Virus record (IMG/VR): IMGVR_UViG_3300010403_000705
Span: 62,001 to 126,000 of that record
Strand: one strand, 5' to 3'
DNA length: 64,000 nucleotides
How positions within the stretch are numbered: position 1 is the stretch's first letter; each line of letters begins with the position of its first letter. The position numbers and the translations under genes are program-made. Below the pieces are notes generated by a model that was given only the letters and a program-made list of their open reading frames with translations, ran no database searches and had not been told where the DNA came from. Shown here piece by piece: positions 38,616 to 46,252 of the stretch.

Positions 38616-39797
38616 ATGTCGAATAAATTAGATGCATTTTTTAAAAGTTTTGCTGATTCAGAAGAGCAATTAGATTTTAGAATGGCTCATGAGACTGTGG
38701 GTCAGAAAATTCCAGCAATCCAAACTGGTTCGTTAGTATTAGATGATGCATTATCATCTGGTGGACTACCTAAAGGAAGATTAATACAATATTATGGACC
38801 CCCTGGAAGTGGTAAAACTCTTATGGCAATGATAGCTATTAAAGAAGCACAGAAAGAGGATCCGAGTGCTCAACAAGTTTTTATTGATGCTGAGCAAACT
38901 TTTTCCCCAATTTGGGCTGAAACTTTAGGTCTTGATACTACAAGAATTATTATTATTGATGGTGATACTGCTGTTAATGGACGTAAATGTTTTGAAATGG
39001 TATTAGGTGTTCCAAAAGAAGACGCAAAAACACATATTTTAAAAGGTAAATCTAAAGATGGTTTATTAGATAAAATTGCATCTGGAGAATTTAATATTAA
39101 TTTAATAGTATTAGATTCATTAGGATCAATAATACCTCCTGGAGAAGATGTATCCGCAGTGGGAAAAATGAACATGGCTTTATTGGCAAGATTTTTAACT
39201 ACAACATTTCGCAAATTGTCTTTAGAAGTTAGCAAAACAAATGTTCCATTTATTATTATTAATCATAAAAAAGCTAATATGGATCCCTATGGTGTTGATC
39301 ATACATTCTCTGGAGGTAATACATATGCACATTTCTTAAGTGCAAATGTTTATTTTGAGCCAGTTAATCGTGCGGATGCGCGTATTCTAGATGATAAAGA
39401 AAATAAGATTGGGCAAACAATCAGAGCAACTATAGAAAAGTCCAAGTTTGGACCTTGGCCACGCAAGTGTGAATTCAAAGTAGATTTTAGCATAGGTGTT
39501 ATAGATAGATTTGAGGAAATTGCACAATTATCTTTAGATTATGAAGTAGTAACCAAACCAACTGCTGTGACACATGAATATGGTGAAAAAAAATGGGTCG
39601 GTTTTAATAAGTTTTGTGAAGCCATTAAAGATGATTTAGATTTATCTTTAGAATTAGAAAATAAAATAACTGAAGCTCGTGATATGAAATGGGAAAAGAA
39701 ACGTCAAGAACAAGAGGCGTTAAAAATTAAATTAGATCAAGAGCCATCTGAGGATGAATCAGAAGGAAAAAAAAGAGGCAGAAAGGCTAAAGTATAA
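38616..39797 (+). CDS. recA: RecA recombinase
   Basis: IQTGSLVLDDAL..GGLPKGRL...YGPPGSGKT, FIDAEQ, IVLDSL, IEKSKFG. Confidence 0.95.
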   Translation: MSNKLDAFFKSFADSEEQLDFRMAHETVGQKIPAIQTGSLVLDDALSSGGLPKGRLIQYYGPPGSGKTLMAMIAIKEAQKEDPSAQQVFIDAEQTFSPIWAETLGLDTTRIIIIDGDTAVNGRKCFEMVLGVPKEDAKTHILKGKSKDGLLDKIASGEFNINLIVLDSLGSIIPPGEDVSAVGKMNMALLARFLTTTFRKLSLEVSKTNVPFIIINHKKANMDPYGVDHTFSGGNTYAHFLSANVYFEPVNRADARILDDKENKIGQTIRATIEKSKFGPWPRKCEFKVDFSIGVIDRFEEIAQLSLDYEVVTKPTAVTHEYGEKKWVGFNKFCEAIKDDLDLSLELENKITEARDMKWEKKRQEQEALKIKLDQEPSEDESEGKKRGRKAKV

Positions 39798-40114
39798 TGT
39801 CTAGCGATATAGCAATAGCAGTTACAGGTCTACCAAATGCAATGTCAACGTCAAAAAAGCCATCTTATTTAATAATTTTAGAAGATAATAATACAAAAAG
39901 TAAAGTTGTTAAAAAATTTATTACGCTTGATAAGCCAGAACTTTTGCAGGGTTTTGTTCAAGCAAAGGGTTTTTTTTCTGAAGCACCTGAAGAAGAAATA
40001 ATTAAAAATTTTTCTGAACTCTTGACTTCTACTTCTAAGGATTTAATATTAGAAGTGTTAATACCGTGGCATAAAATTTCTTATATGAGAAGTTTAATTT
40101 TTAAACAAAAATGA
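39797..40114 (+). CDS. hypothetical protein
   Basis: 105 aa ORF coupled to recA. Confidence 0.6.
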   Translation: MSSDIAIAVTGLPNAMSTSKKPSYLIILEDNNTKSKVVKKFITLDKPELLQGFVQAKGFFSEAPEEEIIKNFSELLTSTSKDLILEVLIPWHKISYMRSLIFKQK

Positions 40115-40557
40115 TATTTACTAATCAAGCGCTAAATAATGTAAAATTTTTAAATGAACTTGTGTTAATTGGGGAGGACTTTGATGCTGAAAACCACGTA
40201 ATTGAATTTTTAAATATTATTGATTTCTCTAGCAAAATAACAACACTCAAAAAATTGATTCTAGATATGGAAGTACAAATAGTTAGGTGGGATCTGGCAG
40301 CCACAGATTTATTTTTCAATTCAGATCTGTATCAATATGTTATTGATACATTAGGAAAAGATTTGTATAGAAAGAATGGTTCCATTTACTTATGGGACAT
40401 CCAGTTACATTTTTTAGACGATTTCATATCTGATAGAATCCTATGCTTGAATAGATATTTAGAGAACCTTGAAACATTGAAGACCAGATATATTTCTGTT
40501 GCAAAAATAGATACAAAAATTGTAAAAAGATTATTAGATTTAAAAGCATTTTGGTAA
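40111..40557 (+). CDS. hypothetical protein with C-terminal LKAFW tag
   Basis: 148 aa, ATGA overlap, ends IVKRLLDLKAFW. Confidence 0.6.
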   Translation: MIFTNQALNNVKFLNELVLIGEDFDAENHVIEFLNIIDFSSKITTLKKLILDMEVQIVRWDLAATDLFFNSDLYQYVIDTLGKDLYRKNGSIYLWDIQLHFLDDFISDRILCLNRYLENLETLKTRYISVAKIDTKIVKRLLDLKAFW

Positions 40558-40576
40558 GGAAAGTGAGAGTAATAAA

Positions 40577-40870
40577 ATGACATTACATAGTAAGACAAAT
40601 TTAGTTGATAATGTGGTTCTAGAAGGCGTACTTAAATCATTGGAAGATAATCAAAAATCTCAATGGCAAGGTACAATGACTGAACTTAATTCAACTTTAA
40701 ATAAAATATTTAATAGAAATCAAACAAAAATAAATAATTTACCTCGATCGCCAAGTGCACTTCGAGTGGTTATAAATAGAATAACAAATAGGCTACGTGC
40801 TAGAGGAGTTTCGGTTAAATTTGGAAGAACCAATGATCGCACTCGTACTCGTTATGTAAAATTTGCTTAA
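40577..40870 (+). CDS. basic winged-helix-like DNA-binding protein
   Basis: WQGTMTEL...PRSPSALRVVINR...LRARGVSVKFGR. Confidence 0.5.
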   Translation: MTLHSKTNLVDNVVLEGVLKSLEDNQKSQWQGTMTELNSTLNKIFNRNQTKINNLPRSPSALRVVINRITNRLRARGVSVKFGRTNDRTRTRYVKFA

Positions 40871-40954
40871 ATAAAATAGTGAAATTAATATAGATCAAGT
40901 GAGTTTAAATAGAAAAAGTACATTGTACAAAAAAAATAACATTAGGAGATCAAA

Positions 40955-41674
40955 ATGACAACATTTGGTGAAATATCATACAATGATGAAGTATATGGTG
41001 ATAGAAAAATTAATAATTCTAAAGATCTTTTCTTAAGATTAGATGAAGGCGATAATGAATTGAGATTGTTGACAAATCCTTTTCAATATTTAGTACACAA
41101 AATTAAAAAAGATCCAACAAATCCTAAGGATTTTGGACAAAAGGTACCTTGTTCGGCAATTCATGGAAGTTGTCCAGCGTGTGCTGGTGATAAAGCCAAA
41201 CCCCGTTGGTTGTATGGTGTAATAGTCCGTAAAACTGGTACATATAAAATTTTTGATGTATCATTTGCTGTATTTTCTCAAATAAGAAAACTAGCCAAGA
41301 ATCCTCGTTGGGGAGATCCTACTAAATATGATATTAATATTGTAGTAGATAAAAATGGAGGCGCAACTGGATATTATTCAGTGCAACCTATTCCTAAAGA
41401 ACCATTATCTGGCGAAGATCAAAGAACCAAAGATAATGCTGATTTGGATGATCTAAAACGTAGGGTAACTCCACCTACTGCTGATGTAGTTCAAAAAAGA
41501 CTTGACAAGATTTTTGGAGATGTATCCTTTAATGATGTGTCTGCTCAAGTAGCATCATCTACAAAAAAAGAAAATAATATTAGAAAAACCATCTCACCTA
41601 ACAAAACACAAGCTGTAAGTATGTCGGATGATGAAAATGTGGATGAATTTCCAGATTATGACGGTCAATCTTAA
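40955..41674 (+). CDS. single-stranded DNA-binding protein (T4 gp32-like)
   Basis: FLRL..GDNELRLL, H/C Zn ligands (C...CPAC), GDPT.YDI.I, acidic C-terminal tail ending DEFPDYDGQS. Confidence 0.75.
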   Translation: MTTFGEISYNDEVYGDRKINNSKDLFLRLDEGDNELRLLTNPFQYLVHKIKKDPTNPKDFGQKVPCSAIHGSCPACAGDKAKPRWLYGVIVRKTGTYKIFDVSFAVFSQIRKLAKNPRWGDPTKYDINIVVDKNGGATGYYSVQPIPKEPLSGEDQRTKDNADLDDLKRRVTPPTADVVQKRLDKIFGDVSFNDVSAQVASSTKKENNIRKTISPNKTQAVSMSDDENVDEFPDYDGQS

Positions 41675-41699
41675 ATAAAAAAATAAGCATTTTATACTT

Positions 41700-41736
41700 A
41701 AGGGATCTTGGCTGAATCAGCCAAGATCCCTTTTTT
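41700..41736 (+). terminator. intrinsic terminator after ssb
   Basis: AAGGGATCTTGGCTGA / A / TCAGCCAAGATCCCTT, then T-run. Confidence 0.88.
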
Positions 41737-41835
41737 ATTATTTTTCTCTCTATATTAGATTATAAAAAATAATATTTACATAAAATTCTATCCATATCCC
41801 TTCATTTCATTCAAATATAAAATAACTTACCACGC

Positions 41836-41932
41836 TTAGATCGTATTGTTACAAAAAGGATATGTTAAAGCTAATATAGAAGTTATATCTTATAGAGCTA
41901 ATAGGATAAAAAATAATGCTAACCTTTTCTAA
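41836..41932 (+). pseudogene. frameshifted HNH homing endonuclease remnant
   Basis: LDRIVTK-(frameshift)-GYVKANIEVISYRANRIKNNA matches the SLDRI...KGY..GN..VIS.RAN..K HNH core. Confidence 0.7.
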
Positions 41933-41972
41933 TTATAAAGCATTGTTTCATTCTTAAGAATATGGAGATAAA

Positions 41973-42536
41973 ATGAAAACGGTGCTTGGTTTTGATGTAT
42001 CTAGTTCCACAATTGGCTGGTGTGTTTTAGAAATTAGTGATGAGAGTATTATAAAATATACTGATTCTGGATATTTTAAGCCCGTTAAAAAAGGATCTAT
42101 AATTGATCGCTTGGTCGATACTAGAAAAAAAATACAAGATATTATCTATAAATATAAACCAGATTATATTGGTATTGAAGATTTAATAAAATTTATGCCT
42201 AAGAGCACTGCTACAACTGTAGTAATGTTAACAACTTTTAATCGTATGGTATGTCTAACTTCTTATGATTATTTAACTAGTAATCCAGGTTTATTTAATG
42301 TTATGAGTATTAGGCACGGATTAAAAATCTCTAAAATAATTCCAAAAAAAGAAGATATGCCAGAACTTGTGTCTAAACATCTAGGAATTATTTTTCCCTA
42401 TGAGAGAGTATTAAAAGGCAAGAAAAATGGTACAATAAAAATAGAAAATTATGATAGGGCAGATGGCATGGCAGTGGCTTTATATTATGCATTTTTGTTA
42501 ACGGGAAAAATTAAGCACAAGGGCAAGAATAAATGA
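41973..42536 (+). CDS. ruvC: RuvC-like Holliday junction resolvase
   Basis: VLGFDVSSSTIGW, KPDYIGIED, DRADGMAVA. Confidence 0.85.
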   Translation: MKTVLGFDVSSSTIGWCVLEISDESIIKYTDSGYFKPVKKGSIIDRLVDTRKKIQDIIYKYKPDYIGIEDLIKFMPKSTATTVVMLTTFNRMVCLTSYDYLTSNPGLFNVMSIRHGLKISKIIPKKEDMPELVSKHLGIIFPYERVLKGKKNGTIKIENYDRADGMAVALYYAFLLTGKIKHKGKNK

Positions 42537-43477
42537 ATCTATCAGAAGCGTATTCAATTTTAGAATTATCACCCAATTCTTCAGCGGATGAAGTTAAAAA
42601 AAAGTACAGAGAATTTACAAAAAAATATCATCCAGATATTAATAAAGAAGAAAATTCTGAGGATAGGTTTAAGAAAATTAATGAGGCTTATAACTGTATA
42701 AATAATGGGAAAAATTCGGACGCTGATTCATTTACTGGTTTTCATAACCCTTTTGTGAATAAGACTACCTTCCAAGCTGAAAATATCCAACTATATACGA
42801 CAATTTCTTTTAAAGAATCTGTTTTAGGGTGTCAAAAAGAACTATGTTTTAGTAGGAATAGTAAATGCACGAATTGTAATGGTAATGGTTTTATTCGTAT
42901 AAATAATGGATGTGATAGATGTCATGGCAAAGGACAAATTGTTGGTAAACAAGGTAACATGATATTTACACGAACATGTGATAAATGTATGGGACAGAAC
43001 AATTCTTCTCAGTGTAATATATGTTTAGGCACAGGACATGTAAATATGCAGGTGTCAATTAATGTAAATATTCCTGGAGGTGTTGTCAGTGGTAATATTT
43101 TAAGACTAAGTGGTTTCGGAAACTATATAGGTAGTTTTATAAATATGGACCAATATACTGAAGCACACCTACATATAACAGTGATTATGGATGAAGGTTT
43201 AACTTTAGAAAATAATGACGTTATATCCAGGATAAATATTACTTTATTGGAGGCGTTACAAGGATCGCAAAAAACTGTAAAAACTATTCTTGGAGATTAC
43301 ATAATCTCCATACCCCCTTTATCTAAAAACAAAGAAGAAATTAACATACCAAATTTAGGTGTTAATGGAATGGGTAATCAAAAAGTTATATTAGATGTAT
43401 CATATCCATCTAATATACAAGATGTAATTAATGTGTTATCTAATGATGAGGAGTTATTTCCGTGCCATTCTCAATGA
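42533..43477 (+). CDS. dnaJ: DnaJ (Hsp40) chaperone
   Basis: J domain with HPD, CxxCxGxG repeats, C-terminal substrate-binding domain. Confidence 0.92.
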   Translation: MNLSEAYSILELSPNSSADEVKKKYREFTKKYHPDINKEENSEDRFKKINEAYNCINNGKNSDADSFTGFHNPFVNKTTFQAENIQLYTTISFKESVLGCQKELCFSRNSKCTNCNGNGFIRINNGCDRCHGKGQIVGKQGNMIFTRTCDKCMGQNNSSQCNICLGTGHVNMQVSINVNIPGGVVSGNILRLSGFGNYIGSFINMDQYTEAHLHITVIMDEGLTLENNDVISRINITLLEALQGSQKTVKTILGDYIISIPPLSKNKEEINIPNLGVNGMGNQKVILDVSYPSNIQDVINVLSNDEELFPCHSQ

Positions 43478-43815
43478 GTTGTACTAACAAAGGTTGCGGT
43501 AAAACACAAGAACCTTATATTAATATTAAAGATGATAAAGTATATTGTTCTATCTGTGATAGAGAAATATCTAATATTAGTTATTTCGCTAAAGTACAGA
43601 TGAAAAATTTGAAACAATTTAAACAGAAAATTCCTATACCATTTTCTGTTAAATGCAATAAATGTAATAAAGAAGATCGACCTAAATTGATTAAAGATAA
43701 TTTAGTATGTACAGGATGTAATAATCCGTTAGATAATTTATCTTTGCCTTTTAAAAATATGTTAAAACAAAAATTAAAAAATCCATTATCTCAAGATATT
43801 ACAGAAGAAGAATAA
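43462..43815 (+). CDS. double Zn-ribbon protein
   Basis: CTNKGC, CSIC, CNKC, CTGC. Confidence 0.6.
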   Translation: MPFSMSCTNKGCGKTQEPYINIKDDKVYCSICDREISNISYFAKVQMKNLKQFKQKIPIPFSVKCNKCNKEDRPKLIKDNLVCTGCNNPLDNLSLPFKNMLKQKLKNPLSQDITEEE

Positions 43816-43839
43816 TGTTTATGAAAGGTTTAATTCTTT

Positions 43840-44595
43840 ATGTACAGTAAAATTATAGAATCGTGTCAATTTTTGTTACATAATTATCCAGCAGCTCAAG
43901 AATGTAAATATTATTTAGATTCTAGATTATCTTTACAAAGTCAGCATAAATTCCAATTTGGATATTTTCCAAATTTATCTAATTTATCTGCTTTGGTATC
44001 TTTAATCGGAGAAGATATACTTAAAGAGAATAAAATGTTTTATTCTAAAGAAATTAAAGATTCTTTATACCCTAGAACAATAAATTTTTCATATTTTGAT
44101 GATTATCCTTTAATAATGCCCTTCAAGGATGCTTATGGAAATATAATTGCTATTGTAGGTAGGTCTTTATTGTCTGATGCGGAAAGAAAAAATAAAAATA
44201 TATCTAAATATAAAAACACTGTATTTACTAAAGGTAATTATTTGTTTGGTATATTTGAAAACAAACAATCTATTATAAAAAATAATATAGTATATATAGT
44301 AGAAGGACAGTTTGATGTTATTAAAGCATACGAAAAAGGAATGTATAATGTAGTCGGTTTAGGAAGTTCTAATATGACTGCTTATCAATTTTCTGTTATC
44401 AGCAGATACACAAATAATATAGTACTTTTATTAGATAATGATGAAGCTGGAGAAAAAGGCAGGAAACGTATCATGGATAAATTTAGCCAATACGCTAATA
44501 TTCAAAATTTCTATTTACCAGACAATTATAAGGATATGGATGAATTTTTATCTACAAATAGTTATGAAGATTTATCTTTTATTATTAAGAGTTAA
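43840..44595 (+). CDS. dnaG: DnaG-type primase catalytic/TOPRIM domain without zinc-binding domain
   Basis: YLDSR, LIMPF, GRSL, SKYKN, IVEGQFDV, LDNDEAG, KDMDE. Confidence 0.9.
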   Translation: MYSKIIESCQFLLHNYPAAQECKYYLDSRLSLQSQHKFQFGYFPNLSNLSALVSLIGEDILKENKMFYSKEIKDSLYPRTINFSYFDDYPLIMPFKDAYGNIIAIVGRSLLSDAERKNKNISKYKNTVFTKGNYLFGIFENKQSIIKNNIVYIVEGQFDVIKAYEKGMYNVVGLGSSNMTAYQFSVISRYTNNIVLLLDNDEAGEKGRKRIMDKFSQYANIQNFYLPDNYKDMDEFLSTNSYEDLSFIIKS

Positions 44596-44606
44596 AGGAA
44601 ATATTT

Positions 44607-44774
44607 ATGCCACCTATTGTTGATTCTATAGAAGACATTGAAATACATAAAAAACACATTGATAACGATCAGTCAGAAACTTGTGATTTATGTTGGATGG
44701 AAATTCCTTTTACAAAAATAGAACTTTTTATCATTAGCGAAAATTTAGATGAAGGACATTGTTATGAATGGTGA
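44607..44774 (+). CDS. small hypothetical protein missed by ORF track (55 aa)
   Basis: AAAGGA RBS; MPPIVDSIEDIEIHKKHIDNDQSETCDLCW...GHCYEW. Confidence 0.5.
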   Translation: MPPIVDSIEDIEIHKKHIDNDQSETCDLCWMEIPFTKIELFIISENLDEGHCYEW

Positions 44775-45048
44775 GTTTAATTTAAATGATAGCCAAGGGT
44801 TATTTTTAGAATTAGTATCTGGATGTAAATTAATGAAACTAATTGGTGGGGTTTGGTGTACTTCTAATAAAAAATCTCACGAAATAGCAGAAAAATTAAT
44901 TTCCAAAGGATGGTTGATTGAAACTACGACCAAATATTTTAGTATTTCAGGAAATGATAGAAGTTTTGAGTTAACTGAAAAAGGTATGGAAAAAACTATA
45001 GGTATACAGGTTTCTGAAATTGAACCAATAATAGACAGTAGCATATAA
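44749..45048 (+). CDS. small winged-helix-like protein
   Basis: EKLISKGWLI...FELTEKG (wHTH wing motif). Confidence 0.5.
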   Translation: MKDIVMNGEFNLNDSQGLFLELVSGCKLMKLIGGVWCTSNKKSHEIAEKLISKGWLIETTTKYFSISGNDRSFELTEKGMEKTIGIQVSEIEPIIDSSI

Positions 45049-45049
45049 T

Positions 45050-45199
45050 TATAATAGTGATAGTATTATTGAAGAAAAACAAGATGTAAAATTTAATAAA
45101 TTTCTTAGTAGAAGCGAATTATCTAGACAATACAATTGTGGGAAGACAACAATAAGAGATATTTTAATAAGACATGATGTTAAAATATTAAGGAGTTAA
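45050..45199 (+). pseudogene. start-less HTH remnant, probably the 3' end of a homing endonuclease
   Basis: Open frame with no start codon: SRSELSRQYNCGKTTIRDILIRHDVKI. Confidence 0.4.
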
Positions 45200-45202
45200 T
45201 TT

Positions 45203-45646
45203 ATGGTTGAAAAAAGAACTAATCGATCAGATCGCTACCAGTGGGTACTTTTGGAGACAGTTTGTTCAAATGATATGATGGAAGCGTTTTCCAACGAAGA
45301 AAGTATTTATAACAGATTAAATCCCTTTCAATATAGTGAAGATTTAATGAATTTAGAAGATCAATTAAAAAAAGAATTTTGGCGAGTTGTAGAAACTTTA
45401 TTAACTCCTAGACAAAAAGAGGTAATTAAACTATATGCAGATGGCTATACACAAATGGAAATAGCTAAAATGTTAAATGTTAATCAGAGTTCAATTACTA
45501 AATCTTTAAATGGAAATGTTGATTATAAAAATGGAAAAAAAATATATGGCGGAGCTCGTAAGAAGATTAGAAAGATAATAGAAAATGACGATAAAATTAA
45601 AGAGATCTTGAAAAAAATGGATGAGGTTCGTGAATCAAGATGGTAA
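45203..45646 (+). CDS. sigma-70 region 4/LuxR-type HTH transcription factor
   Basis: LTPRQKEVIKL..DGYTQMEIAKMLNVNQSSITKSL. Confidence 0.8.
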   Translation: MVEKRTNRSDRYQWVLLETVCSNDMMEAFSNEESIYNRLNPFQYSEDLMNLEDQLKKEFWRVVETLLTPRQKEVIKLYADGYTQMEIAKMLNVNQSSITKSLNGNVDYKNGKKIYGGARKKIRKIIENDDKIKEILKKMDEVRESRW

Positions 45647-45778
45647 AAATACACTAATATAAATAATTTAATCAGAATACTAAAATGTAAAGCTTTTTGG
45701 TAATGACTACTAATAAAGTATAGAATTTATCAATATTTCTTTATCTATGATAGGTATATTGTATTTACTGGAGACGTA

Positions 45779-46234
45779 ATGTCAAAATTTTCAATAGATT
45801 ACTCAAGGTTAGAAAATAAAATTTACAAAAAAGCTTATAGACTTAAGGATGTAAAAGATCAGCTTGAAACGGTTGCTTTTGATGTAGTAAGATTTAAAGA
45901 CGGTGATAAGGGTGCGGATCTATGGCAAGTTCAAAGTTCTGATGATGGAGATTACATAGTGTCTTTATACCAACAGGACGAGGAAAAAACGGCTGCTTTA
46001 TGGGATGTAACAATAAGTAAAGTAGCAGGTGATTTACAAATTTCCTATAAAGGAGATCCGTTAGTAAAGATTACTTCTTCTAAATTGGGTATACCTAGTG
46101 AACAATTGATTAAAGTAAAAGATTACTTACCAGCTAGACTAGCAGAGAACAAAAAATTGGTCAAATCCTTATTAAATGAATTGCCAAATGCTGTTAAACA
46201 AGCTGTATTAAATAAATATCCAGAGTTGGTCTAA
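45779..46234 (+). CDS. hypothetical protein, morphogenesis cluster
   Basis: 151 aa, GGAG RBS; KKAY and EEKTA motifs. Confidence 0.65.
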   Translation: MSKFSIDYSRLENKIYKKAYRLKDVKDQLETVAFDVVRFKDGDKGADLWQVQSSDDGDYIVSLYQQDEEKTAALWDVTISKVAGDLQISYKGDPLVKITSSKLGIPSEQLIKVKDYLPARLAENKKLVKSLLNELPNAVKQAVLNKYPELV

Positions 46235-46252
46235 TAACATATAGGATGCTAA

